This document shows, piece by piece, positions 8,845 to 19,061 of a stretch of 64,000 nucleotides of DNA; within the stretch, counting starts at the first letter, position 1; each line of letters starts with the position of its first letter. The notes below the pieces were generated by a model. The model did not search any database, had not been told where the DNA came from, and was given only the letters and a program-made list of their open reading frames with translations. The DNA comes from a virus (Duplodnaviria; Caudoviricetes): positions 64,001 through 128,000 of IMG/VR virus record IMGVR_UViG_3300021399_000111; one strand, given 5' to 3'. The position numbers and the translations under genes were made by a program.

Positions 8845-10836
8845 TTACTTTTGCCCAAACGCGGCAATGAATTCAGCCTCAGTAATAATAGGGATACCCG
8901 CGGATTGTGCTGCTTTATTTTTTGCAGAAGTTGAAGTAGAATCATTATTAATTAAATAATTAACTTTAGAACTCATACTACCTACAACCTTTCCGCCAAT
9001 AGATTCTATATAATTTTTTAATTCATCTCTATTCTTCCAATTTGTAATTTTACCAGTGATACAAAATGTTAAATCTGCGGCGGTCTGTGGAACTTTATCC
9101 TGAACCATTGGCAGCGAGAAGTCAAGCATTCCCGCAATTTCATCTGCTTCTGTATAATCAAATGAATTAATAGCTTTGCTTATTTCTGGTCCAAAACCAT
9201 CAAATTCAGTCCAATCACCGCCAACCGCATTTCTAAAATCTTCCCATGTAGAATAATATTTAATTATTTCTTTGGAAACAGTTCTTCCAACAAGAGGTAT
9301 ACCGATTGCTGATATAAACGATTCAAGCGACGTTGAAGTTCTAGCGGATGTAATTGCTGACAAGATTTTTCCGACTGAAGCTTCTCCAAAGCCTGTTTTT
9401 GAAATCCATTCAGTTTTATGTTCATCAAGTTTAAATATGTCTCCAAGTCCATCAATCCAACCCCAATCTATTAACTTCTCTATTGTTTTTCTTGAAAGTC
9501 CTTTTATATCAAGTCCCTTTTTCCCACAAAAATGGTCAATTCTTTGAGCGAGCTTGCCGGGGCATTCTTCATTTTCACAATATAAAACTTCTACACCAGA
9601 TTCTGAAGTTTTAATACTAGTAAGTCCGCCGCATATAGGACAGAGAACTCCATAATCTCCACCTAGTCCAGTGGTTACTCCACCTGCCGCAATAATATCT
9701 CCATAATCTTTTTTATCTGCTTTTGTTATTTGTGGTATTATTTGATTACTTTTAATTACCCAAACCTTTTCTCCAACATAAGGGGTTTCACCAAGAATTT
9801 CCTTCATAATACTTATATTATGAAGGCTTGCTCGTTCAACAATAGACCCTTCAATTTCAATAGGATCAAATACAGCAACAGGAGTAAGGACACCATTACG
9901 AGAAACATCATAATCAATATATTTTAACTTAGTTTCGTATTCTTCATCATAAAATTTGAATGCGATACCATTATTCCAATGATGATCTGTACGACCTAGA
10001 CTTTTACCATATTTAACTGATTCAAATTTAAATACATATCCATCAATAGGAAAGAGCTTATGCTCGTCCATTTTATCAAGAATATCTATTGCATCTTCTA
10101 TTGTTTCTGCATCACCTACTCGTGGTACTGTAATGAAGCCCCAATCATCAAGTTTTTCTAATCTCCAGAAAAAGAAATCTTCATCAATTCCTTCAATTAA
10201 ATCCCAAGCAACAAAAGTAAGATTGCGGGAAGCGCATTCCGCAGAATCTAATAATCTGATACTTCCAGATGCAAAATTTCTTGGATTTTTATATCTATCT
10301 TTAAAAGGTTCAAAATCAGAATAAGTACAAATGATTTCTCCATCTATTACAACTTTGTCTTTAATATCATATAAATGACATCCTATATCTTTAGTAGGAA
10401 TTGTTTTTGGAATACTATCAATTACAAAAGCATTATGAGTTACATCTTCGCCCTCAACGCCATCCCCGCGGGTTTCCGCACGAATTAATTTACCATTTTC
10501 ATAAGTTAAAGAAACAGTAAGTCCATCCATTTTAAACATTCCAAGCCAATCATGACCTTTAACAAAAGAAACAATATCATTTGGATTTTTTGTTTTATCA
10601 AGTGATAACATTAAATGATTATGCTTTACTTTATTTAATTTCGAGACCTTCTTGAAATGTACTTTCTGAGTAGGGGAGTCAGCAAAGATAGCTCCTGTTT
10701 CTTTTTCCATTTCAACTAATTGAAAATACAATTCATCCCATTCTTTATCAGATATTTGTGGATGTCCTGCATCATATGCTTCTGTGTATTTATTTAATTT
10801 ATTAATTAATGCAGCAATTTCCCATTTATCACTCAT
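8845..10836 (-). CDS. ligA: NAD-dependent DNA ligase
   Basis: MLSLDK, KMDG adenylation motif, TRGDG, Zn finger, HhH, C-terminal BRCT. Confidence 0.95.
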   Translation of the reverse strand: MSDKWEIAALINKLNKYTEAYDAGHPQISDKEWDELYFQLVEMEKETGAIFADSPTQKVHFKKVSKLNKVKHNHLMLSLDKTKNPNDIVSFVKGHDWLGMFKMDGLTVSLTYENGKLIRAETRGDGVEGEDVTHNAFVIDSIPKTIPTKDIGCHLYDIKDKVVIDGEIICTYSDFEPFKDRYKNPRNFASGSIRLLDSAECASRNLTFVAWDLIEGIDEDFFFWRLEKLDDWGFITVPRVGDAETIEDAIDILDKMDEHKLFPIDGYVFKFESVKYGKSLGRTDHHWNNGIAFKFYDEEYETKLKYIDYDVSRNGVLTPVAVFDPIEIEGSIVERASLHNISIMKEILGETPYVGEKVWVIKSNQIIPQITKADKKDYGDIIAAGGVTTGLGGDYGVLCPICGGLTSIKTSESGVEVLYCENEECPGKLAQRIDHFCGKKGLDIKGLSRKTIEKLIDWGWIDGLGDIFKLDEHKTEWISKTGFGEASVGKILSAITSARTSTSLESFISAIGIPLVGRTVSKEIIKYYSTWEDFRNAVGGDWTEFDGFGPEISKAINSFDYTEADEIAGMLDFSLPMVQDKVPQTAADLTFCITGKITNWKNRDELKNYIESIGGKVVGSMSSKVNYLINNDSTSTSAKNKAAQSAGIPIITEAEFIAAFGQK

Positions 10837-10936
10837 TTTTAAGTTCCCCTTTATTTTTTCCTATAAATATTATATCAAAATTTTTATAAAAAATCAAAAA
10901 ATGGGGATTAAGCTAATACTTAATCCCCTTGTTAAT

Positions 10937-11524
10937 CTAATTTGTACTTGTACCAAACCAATGTCCTTGTATTTTAATATAATTAGTTGCATATGAATGT
11001 TGAACACCATCAAAATAGACATAATTTAAAGGATTTGTATCAAATCCTTTTTCTTCTAAATAAGGTATAAGAATTGATTCTTTTTCGTTTGCCACTAACT
11101 CTATTACTTCTAACATTTTTTCAATATTTTCTTGTGAAACCTTATTTCTTAAAGACCATGTTGAAAATTGTCCTTTTTGACTTAATACTTTATATACTGT
11201 ATCAGGCCATTTATCTGATAATACTCTATTTAAAATTACTTCAACTACTGCCATTTGACCATCGATATCTTGATTTCCAGCTTCTCTAAATGTAATTCTT
11301 GCAATTAATTCTTTTTCTTCATCTGTTAATGAATTAATTAAATCAGTATAATCATTTAAAGAATAATTATCAAATCCATTTTGAATAGCTTCTTCATTTA
11401 AAGTATTTAAAAGAATTGCTACTCCACCTTCAGTAATTTCTTCTTGAGCTGCTGCAGTATCAAAATTAAATAAAAATATAATAGTTGCTAAGCAAAGAAA
11501 AATAATGATTTTAATTTTATTCAT
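10937..11524 (-). CDS. SleB-like cell wall hydrolase (Hydrolase_2) with signal peptide
   Basis: LIARITFREAG...MAVVEVILNRV...P.TV..VL.QKGQFS...GHWF. Confidence 0.85.
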   Translation of the reverse strand: MNKIKIIIFLCLATIIFLFNFDTAAAQEEITEGGVAILLNTLNEEAIQNGFDNYSLNDYTDLINSLTDEEKELIARITFREAGNQDIDGQMAVVEVILNRVLSDKWPDTVYKVLSQKGQFSTWSLRNKVSQENIEKMLEVIELVANEKESILIPYLEEKGFDTNPLNYVYFDGVQHSYATNYIKIQGHWFGTSTN

Positions 11525-11700
11525 TTTAACCTCCTATAAGAGCGGCAAACTCTATATATATTAGGTTTTATTCTAAAATATATTTTTAGATATTGACCTA
11601 ATTGTTACAAAATGTAATAATTTTTTAACAATTTTGCAACAATTAATATTATAACAAAAATTTTATAAAAAGTAAAGGAGAGGTATTACCTCTCCTTAAT

Positions 11701-14046
11701 TTAAAATTTTGTTATAGAAATTACTTTATTATCTTTTATCATTATATTTCCAATAGCAACTCTACCTAGCGATGGGATTTCTGATGCGGAAATGCATATA
11801 TTACTTTTATTCCCACAAATTAAGATATTATCTTCATTAGAAACCATTGCCGCACCTACTAATTCACCATTTTGTGGAGATATTTTATATACTGAAGTTC
11901 CTTTTCCACCTTTAGCTTGAGTAGGAAAATCTGCAAGAGGAATTTTCTTTCCCATACCTGTACTTGAAAATACTGCAACTTCATCAGTTTCTTTATGAAC
12001 TGATAATGCAGAAATTACTTCATCGTTTTCTGCAAGTTTAATTCCTTTAACACCAAGGGCAACTCTTCCAACAACACCAATATCTTTCGTAGGAAATTTG
12101 ATACTCATTCCATTTTTTGTTAAGATAATAATATCTTCTTTATCCTGGAAAAGAATACTTGCTACAGAATCTCCATCTTTAACTTTAAGAGCCGCAATTC
12201 CCGCATTGCGCTTAGCTCCTGTATACTCAGATAAGAAAGACTTTTTTAACATACCCTGCTTCGTAATAAAAATTACAAATTCTGGTGTTGTTTTTCTATG
12301 TAAAGAAGTTACTGCAATAATTTTTTCATCAGATTCTAATTGGATAAGACTATTAATAGGTACTCCTTTTGTTGTGTTAGTTCCATCTGGAATATTATCT
12401 ACTACAGTTCGATACATTTTTCCCTTGTTAGAGAAAAACATCATATAATCTACTGTATTTGTTTTAATAGTAGATAAAATTGTATCATCATTTGATTTAA
12501 TACCCTTGCCGCCACGCTTTTGTACTTTAAAATTTGCGACAGGTACTTTTTTAATCAAACCAGACTGTGTAGTTACTACAACAACATCAACAGGAATAAC
12601 TTCAGCGATCTCTTTTTCTTCTTTAGGAACTTCAATCTGTACTAATTGAGTGCGTCTTGCATCACCATATTTCTTTACAATATCTTCAAGGCGTTTTTGA
12701 ATTTCTGCCATTTGAAGTTTTTTATCCTGAAGAAGAGTCATATAGTATGCAATAGAAGTCATTAATTCTTTTTGCTCATTTTCTAATTCAATTTTTTCCA
12801 AATGAGCTAAACTTGATAATCTCATAGCTAAAATCGCTTTAGCCTGAGCTTCTGAAATACCATACTTCTCAATTAATGCAATTTTAGCTGTTGCACTACT
12901 TTCAGATTTTTTAATTAATGCAATAACATTATCAATATCTTCAAGAGCAATAAGAAGCCCTTCAACAATATGTAATCTTTCTTTTGCTTTAATTAAATCA
13001 AAATTGATTTCTTTAACTAAACAATCAATATTATGATTAATATAAACTTCAATTGCCTGCTTAAGATTTAACTCAGTAGGAGTTTTATCAATAAGTGCAA
13101 CTTGATTATATGAAATTGAAGTCTGAAGATTAGTTTTATTATATAATTTATTTGCGATAACATCGGGGTTAATACCCTTCCCGCATTCAATTACAATTCT
13201 TAAACCTTTCTTATTACTTTCGTCGCGGACTTCTGTGATACCTTCAATTTCTTTAGCATCACAGACCTCTCCAATTTGAGAGATAATTCCTTCTACTGTT
13301 TCTCCATAAGGAATTTCATAGAATACAATATTATTCTTTTCAACTTTATAACAACCTCTAACCTTTACAGAACCATGACCGGTTCTCATAATGGCGGGAA
13401 TGTCATTTTTATTAATGATAATTCCGCCAGTAGGGAAATCCGGACCAGGTAATGTAGGCTCATTTCCGCTCATAACTGCATAAATCGCTTCCGCAACTTC
13501 TTTGAGATTATGCGGCAGCCAATTACAAGCCATAGCTACACCGATACCAGTATTAGGGTTGCACAAGAGGTTAGGAAAAATTGCGGGTAAAGTAACTGGC
13601 TCTTCAAGTGTTTCATCATAATTAGGAATAAAATCAACATTCTTTTTCTTTAAGCCTTGAAGAAGCCCATCTTCCGCAAGTTTACTAAGTCTTGCTTCTG
13701 TATAACGAGCTGCGGCAGGCCCATCGCCAATCTGGTTTCCATTACTACCATGCCAGTCAATAAGCGGATACCGCATAACCCACCATTGAGAAAGTCGTAC
13801 CATAGCTCCGTAGATTGATGAGTCACCATGCGGGTGGTACGCAGACATAGTATCACCTACAATACGAGCTGATTTAACATGAGGTTTAGAAAAAGTATAT
13901 CCTTTTTCATAGGCTGCCCATAAAATTCTTTTAGCAACTGGTTTTAATCCAGACTTAGCATCAGGTATTGCTCTATCTGAATTTACTGCATAACTATATT
14001 CAATAAAATTTATACCTAATTCATTTTTAATATCATTAGTTATCAA
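11701..14046 (-). CDS. gyrA: DNA gyrase subunit A
   Basis: GLKPV, KSARIVG, HPHGDS, AAARYTEARL active Tyr, GPDFPTGG, GyrA-box QKRGGKG, pinwheel repeats. Confidence 0.92.
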   Translation of the reverse strand: MITNDIKNELGINFIEYSYAVNSDRAIPDAKSGLKPVAKRILWAAYEKGYTFSKPHVKSARIVGDTMSAYHPHGDSSIYGAMVRLSQWWVMRYPLIDWHGSNGNQIGDGPAAARYTEARLSKLAEDGLLQGLKKKNVDFIPNYDETLEEPVTLPAIFPNLLCNPNTGIGVAMACNWLPHNLKEVAEAIYAVMSGNEPTLPGPDFPTGGIIINKNDIPAIMRTGHGSVKVRGCYKVEKNNIVFYEIPYGETVEGIISQIGEVCDAKEIEGITEVRDESNKKGLRIVIECGKGINPDVIANKLYNKTNLQTSISYNQVALIDKTPTELNLKQAIEVYINHNIDCLVKEINFDLIKAKERLHIVEGLLIALEDIDNVIALIKKSESSATAKIALIEKYGISEAQAKAILAMRLSSLAHLEKIELENEQKELMTSIAYYMTLLQDKKLQMAEIQKRLEDIVKKYGDARRTQLVQIEVPKEEKEIAEVIPVDVVVVTTQSGLIKKVPVANFKVQKRGGKGIKSNDDTILSTIKTNTVDYMMFFSNKGKMYRTVVDNIPDGTNTTKGVPINSLIQLESDEKIIAVTSLHRKTTPEFVIFITKQGMLKKSFLSEYTGAKRNAGIAALKVKDGDSVASILFQDKEDIIILTKNGMSIKFPTKDIGVVGRVALGVKGIKLAENDEVISALSVHKETDEVAVFSSTGMGKKIPLADFPTQAKGGKGTSVYKISPQNGELVGAAMVSNEDNILICGNKSNICISASEIPSLGRVAIGNIMIKDNKVISITKF

Positions 14047-14768
14047 TTTAGTTCTCCTTCTCTACAATATTGAAAAGTATATCCTTCTTGAGTCTTTCTT
14101 TTATTTTCTAATACTTCACTAATATGATTTGATTTAAGATTTAAAATTCTTTTACATTCTAATTTATTTGTAAATGGTCCAAATACTTCTCCAGTTTTTA
14201 TATTTCTTGCTATAAAAGGAGTAACTTTCATCTTTGCTACTCTAATACACTCTTGTAATCTTTCTTCAGTAAAAGTAGCTTTATCAATACAAATTACTCC
14301 ATTACAATAATACATTTGATTATGAAGCATTCGATATATATCACCTTTGCTCATATTATGCTCTCTAGCAAATTCTCTTTGATTAAGAAATTCTCCTAAT
14401 TTATTACCTTTTAAATCAAATGCATAAAATGGATAACTACCACATTGTTTTAAAAATTTATCTGTAATTATAATAGTTTCTCCACCATCTTTTGTATTAT
14501 AGCCTTCTTCAATACTATTATAATAAATTATCCATTTTTTTTCTTTTTCATCTAACTCTTCTTGAGAATTTGCTGTATCAATAATCTCCCAGATAAAAGA
14601 TTCTTCAGGGTACTTTCTTAAAGCATTTATAAAATGAGTATTATAATTTTTTTCTTGTCTTGCTTTATAATAATGTTTATTTTTTCTTTCTTGTAAAGTT
14701 TGAATTGTTTGACCAATATAAATTTTATTATTTTCTTTATTTGTTACTTTATAAATTATCCCATACAT
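14043..14768 (-). CDS. Free-standing GIY-YIG homing endonuclease
   Basis: GIIYKVTN...YIGQT, GYN...GG, NUMOD-like C-terminus; lies between gyrB and gyrA. Confidence 0.85.
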   Translation of the reverse strand: MYGIIYKVTNKENNKIYIGQTIQTLQERKNKHYYKARQEKNYNTHFINALRKYPEESFIWEIIDTANSQEELDEKEKKWIIYYNSIEEGYNTKDGGETIIITDKFLKQCGSYPFYAFDLKGNKLGEFLNQREFAREHNMSKGDIYRMLHNQMYYCNGVICIDKATFTEERLQECIRVAKMKVTPFIARNIKTGEVFGPFTNKLECKRILNLKSNHISEVLENKRKTQEGYTFQYCREGELN

Positions 14769-14800
14769 TTTTTTAAGAACCTCCTTTATTTGTTCTATTA

Positions 14801-14842
14801 TATATGAAAATAAAGGAAGATAATTTATCTACTTTTACCCAA
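14801..14842 (-). promoter_or_regulatory. Second-class (phage-specific, putative late) promoter TTRGRYAR...YAWATA (YAWATA at positions 37-42)
   Basis: Same spacing as copies at 50892-50933, 46689-46730, 53782-53823 and 25369-25410(+). Confidence 0.55.
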
Positions 14843-14891
14843 TTTGGGTAAAAAATTTTTAAAGATCATGGCAGTCTAGGTCAATGTTTTA

Positions 14892-15074
14892 TCAGCCTAA
14901 CTCCCGTGGCTTAAAATTAGGATCTATATTTTGTAATAGTTCTTCAAAATATTTTAATCTTTCCTTGTCATCTTCTTCATGATCTTCTGAAAATTCACTT
15001 TTAAGTATTAAAGAAAGCTCCTCAAGAACACTTTTAAATTCTTCATATATTTCACTTAATGTATTATTCTGCAT
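14892..15074 (-). CDS. Small acidic hypothetical protein
   Basis: ORF track; overlaps gyrB stop. Confidence 0.5.
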   Translation of the reverse strand: MQNNTLSEIYEEFKSVLEELSLILKSEFSEDHEEDDKERLKYFEELLQNIDPNFKPRELG

Positions 15075-16974
15075 TATATTTTCCAGCCTCCTGTGAATGT
15101 TCTTTAATATATACCTTCCTTGCGGTTACCCCAGTTCCCATTAACTGTTCAAATAAAATATCAGTTTCTCTTACATCTTCAACTGTAATTTGCTTAATAA
15201 TCCTATTATTAGGATCGGTTAAAGTTTCTTCAGTTTCTTCAACAGACATTTCACCGAGGCCTTTAAGTCTATTTACAGTATATTTCTTACCTTGATTAGC
15301 TCTCTTAAATTCTTCAAGTGCTTCATCATTTTTAAGATACTTATACTCTTTACCTATTGTAATCTTATAAAGAGGAGGAACTCCTGCATAAATATAACCA
15401 TCTTGAATTAACTGCGGACAAAAATTCCAAATGAAAGTATAGAAAAGATTCTTAATATGTGCTCCATCAACATCAGCATCGCTCATAATAATAATTTTTC
15501 CATATCTCAAATCTTCTTTATCATAGGTAACTTTCATTGTTTTTGGATCAATTCTTAAACCAAACGCTTCAATCATTGTCATAATCTCTGCATTTTTCTG
15601 AATTTGCGCTAAAGTTGCCTTTTGTGTATTAAGAATTTTTCCTCTAACAGGTAAAACTGCTTGTGTTGCGTTATTTCTTGCAAGTTTGATATTACCAGAA
15701 GCACTATCACCCTCTGTAATATAAATTTCACATTCCATTCTATTTTTGGAATTGCAATCGGCAAGTTTACTATCAAATTTAATTACTTTTTCTTTTTTCT
15801 TCTTTTCAGTTTCACGAGCTGCATCTCTAGCTTTTTTAGCCGCCTCCCGCGCTTTACGAGCGGAAATTGCTTTATCAAAAATTACCTTTATATCTTTTTC
15901 ATTAAAAGATAACCAATTTTGGATATTTTCTGTCAATTCAGAAGTAAATGGACTCATATCCAATTTTACAATTCTGCTTTTAGTCTGAGCATCATAAGAC
16001 ACTCCAGATGTTGTGATATTAAATGCAATTAACATTCCCTCTTGAATATCAGATCCATCAAGAGTTTCTTCTTTTTCTTTTAACCAACCTTTTTCTTTAA
16101 AGAATTTGTTAAATTCTCTTGTAATGGTTGATTTAATTTGTGTAATATGAGGTCCACTATCTGTTTCACCTGTATTAACATATGAAATAAGATTAAGTGA
16201 ATAATTAGTTGTATAAGTTAATACAAAATCTAATCTATTTTTCCCATTAGAATAATTAATATTTAATCTATTTTTAAGAATTTCATTATCTTTAACGATG
16301 TCATTAACTAAATCATTTAATCCATTATTAGAATGATATGTAATTAAATCTTTCCCATTATGAGTTAAATTAATAGTTAATCCTTTGCATAGGCAAGTTA
16401 AAGTATGAAATAATTTTTTAATTCTCTCTACATCAATCTGAGTGTGTGTAAAAAACTTTGCGCTAGGCTTCCATTCAACAATAGTACCAGTATGAAAATC
16501 GCCTTGTTTTCCGACTTCTCTTTTATTAAAAACTCCTTCAACAAAATGAATATGCTCACTTCTACCATCTCTATAGGTGTAAACATCAAGCCAATTACTT
16601 AAAAAATTAGTAAGTTTTGAACCAATACCGTTAAGACCAAGAGCAGTCCCTTCATAAACTCCATCATCAGAAAATTTTCCAGATGTATTTAAAACATCAA
16701 AAGAAGCCTGAAGAACAGTTTCTCCATCTTCACGCTTAACATTAACAGGAAATCCCTGAGCAAAGTCTTCTACTCTACAACAACCATCATCTTGATAATC
16801 TACATTAATAATATTTCCATGCCCTACCGACCATTCATCTATTGCATTAGAAACAATTTCAATAAGTAATTGAGTTGAATATTCTGTTGAACCGCAATAA
16901 ACTCCAGGACGAAGCCGAGTAAATTCAAGAGGTGATAATGATTCAATTGATTTATCATTATATAAATTACTCAT
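15064..16974 (-). CDS. gyrB: DNA gyrase subunit B
   Basis: EIVSNAIDE, GLNGIG, EGDSA, PVRGKILN, DADVDGAHI, KGLGEM. Confidence 0.93.
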   Translation of the reverse strand: MSNLYNDKSIESLSPLEFTRLRPGVYCGSTEYSTQLLIEIVSNAIDEWSVGHGNIINVDYQDDGCCRVEDFAQGFPVNVKREDGETVLQASFDVLNTSGKFSDDGVYEGTALGLNGIGSKLTNFLSNWLDVYTYRDGRSEHIHFVEGVFNKREVGKQGDFHTGTIVEWKPSAKFFTHTQIDVERIKKLFHTLTCLCKGLTINLTHNGKDLITYHSNNGLNDLVNDIVKDNEILKNRLNINYSNGKNRLDFVLTYTTNYSLNLISYVNTGETDSGPHITQIKSTITREFNKFFKEKGWLKEKEETLDGSDIQEGMLIAFNITTSGVSYDAQTKSRIVKLDMSPFTSELTENIQNWLSFNEKDIKVIFDKAISARKAREAAKKARDAARETEKKKKEKVIKFDSKLADCNSKNRMECEIYITEGDSASGNIKLARNNATQAVLPVRGKILNTQKATLAQIQKNAEIMTMIEAFGLRIDPKTMKVTYDKEDLRYGKIIIMSDADVDGAHIKNLFYTFIWNFCPQLIQDGYIYAGVPPLYKITIGKEYKYLKNDEALEEFKRANQGKKYTVNRLKGLGEMSVEETEETLTDPNNRIIKQITVEDVRETDILFEQLMGTGVTARKVYIKEHSQEAGKYNAE

Positions 16975-17030
16975 TTTTTATCCTTTCCTTATTATTATAA
17001 TATATATTATAACATATTTTTTATAAAAAA

Positions 17031-17549
17031 TCAAATTATTATATCATAATTCTTAACTAATTTATTAAATTTTCCTTGATTATTTGCGGCAACCGCATCT
17101 GCTAATTCATTTTCTAAAAATCCAACATGACCAACACATTTTTTTATTGAATAATTAGTAGAATTATTTAATAAATTATATAATTCTTTTATTAAATCTA
17201 AATTTTTAATTGGCTTTCCTTTTGCTCTTGTCCATCCATTTTTTGCCCATTCCCAAATCCATGTGGAACATAATTGTACTACATATGCAGAATCAGAATA
17301 AATAATATAGAAATAATTTTTATCTTCTTGAGCCTTTTTGAGAACATGTATTACCGCCATTAATTCCATTCTATTGTTTGTTGTATTTTCAAATCTTTCT
17401 GAATAACAATAGGCTAAATGAGTTTCTGGAAGCTTATTTTGTTTAAATACAGTTGATAATCTTATAACACCAAAACCGCCAGGTCCTGGATTCCCAGAAC
17501 AGGCTCCATCAGTATAATATTTTAATAAAGGTTTTTTTAACTTTTCCAT
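17031..17549 (-). CDS. rnhA: Ribonuclease HI
   Basis: YTDGACSGNPGPGGFG, TTNNRMEL, SDSAY, GH...NELAD. Confidence 0.93.
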   Translation of the reverse strand: MEKLKKPLLKYYTDGACSGNPGPGGFGVIRLSTVFKQNKLPETHLAYCYSERFENTTNNRMELMAVIHVLKKAQEDKNYFYIIYSDSAYVVQLCSTWIWEWAKNGWTRAKGKPIKNLDLIKELYNLLNNSTNYSIKKCVGHVGFLENELADAVAANNQGKFNKLVKNYDIII

Positions 17550-17731
17550 TTTTTCCGCCCTCTAAAAAATCATTTCTGTATTCATAACTCTTATTCATTC
17601 TATTATAATTATAACAAAATTTTCGATAAAAGTCAAGCCTTTTTTATTTTTATTTTACTAGAAAAGAACAAGAAGATTTTTACAATAAAAAAAATGGCTG
17701 CGGAGGACTTTCGCCTTCTGCAGCCATAGAA

Positions 17732-18721
17732 TTAAAGTTTTTTAGTATATTTTAAATTAATCCATCCACCAGCTTTTAACTCACCCCAATTATTTTGTTC
17801 ATTAATAATAGTATAAACACCTTTATCTTTAATAGAACCAATAATTGCATATGTTACACCTGGGCCTTTTCTAATATTTAAAGAAGATGCAGTAACTTGT
17901 ATTTTATATTCATTGCTTGTAATTGCTGGGGTAGATTGATTGATAATGGTAACATAATTAGGATTATTTATATAAATCCAGCCTGCACCGCTTTTTAATT
18001 TACCCCAACCATTTTGTTCTGCAACAATTGTATAAACACTATTTTTTGGAACAACAGTAGTAATGGCGTATGAGTTTCCAGGGCCAGAACGAACATTTAA
18101 TTCATTAACTTTAATTTTGACTTGATAATTTACTATAGATGCCTCAGAAGTAGGAGTATCTTGTGCAGCTACTTTATTTAAAAAACTTCTCCAATTAACT
18201 AATGCTGTTTCATTTTTACACCATGGTTGAGGACAAGGTTTTCCAGTTACCATATGATGCATAATAACATGATCAATATCAATATTATATTTTTTCATAA
18301 GATATTTAGTTAATTCAATAGCATTATTAATGGTAGCCTCAGTTAAATACCAATCATCATCATTAACACTTAATGAGGTTGTATTTTTTTTATTACTACA
18401 CATTTCAATACTAATGGAATTAGCATTTGTGCAGATTTTATAAAATTTAGCACCTAAGGAAGTTTTACTACTTAATTTGCTTCCACCTACTGCCCATGTA
18501 TAGCGATTTTCAATATTTCCATTATATTGAACAATTTCAAAATCATCTACAATAAAATCTGCTGATGCCTCTCTAGAACTAGTGGCAAACATATTTGCAG
18601 CTGCAATAGCTTTGCCTCTAGAAGAAGAGGTTCCCGCAGTATAATGTAACACTATAAACTCAATTTTTCTTTTACTTTTAGCTGAAGTATTATGAGTGCT
18701 ATTTCTTTGGATAATGTTCAT
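17732..18721 (-). CDS. Endolysin: Amidase_2 plus two SH3b domains
   Basis: IVLHYT, NANSISIEMC, HHMVTGKPCP; two LNVRSGPG...WGKLK.G.GWI repeats. Confidence 0.9.
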   Translation of the reverse strand: MNIIQRNSTHNTSAKSKRKIEFIVLHYTAGTSSSRGKAIAAANMFATSSREASADFIVDDFEIVQYNGNIENRYTWAVGGSKLSSKTSLGAKFYKICTNANSISIEMCSNKKNTTSLSVNDDDWYLTEATINNAIELTKYLMKKYNIDIDHVIMHHMVTGKPCPQPWCKNETALVNWRSFLNKVAAQDTPTSEASIVNYQVKIKVNELNVRSGPGNSYAITTVVPKNSVYTIVAEQNGWGKLKSGAGWIYINNPNYVTIINQSTPAITSNEYKIQVTASSLNIRKGPGVTYAIIGSIKDKGVYTIINEQNNWGELKAGGWINLKYTKKL

Positions 18722-19020
18722 CTTAAACTTTCCTCCTCATCATTTTCTAAATTTCTCATAGCAGTTTCATATACAATTCCATCTTTAGTATTTTCTGCTT
18801 TTGATTTAGAACAATAAATTCCATAAGATAATGTTTCTCCAATAACTGCGCCTAATAAGGTAATTAAAGGAGTGAAATCAGGCATTGTTTCAATTGCATA
18901 AGCAAGTGAAAATGATTTAATTGTAACCCAACCTGTAAAAATTTCTAATAAAAAGAAATTTATAAATAATAGAGTTAATAATAATTTACTATAAGATATT
19001 TTTTTCTCTTTCTTTTTCAT
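18718..19020 (-). CDS. Probable holin
   Basis: Two TM segments, KSKAEN, overlaps endolysin start. Confidence 0.65.
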   Translation of the reverse strand: MKKKEKKISYSKLLLTLLFINFFLLEIFTGWVTIKSFSLAYAIETMPDFTPLITLLGAVIGETLSYGIYCSKSKAENTKDGIVYETAMRNLENDEEESLR

Positions 19021-19061
19021 TGGCTCTCCTTTATAAAAAAAGAGAAGCTAATGCTTCTCTT

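Noticed and set aside
14043-15074. Intron or intein in the gyrase genes
   Set aside because: GyrA and GyrB both look full length; the GIY-YIG gene is intergenic
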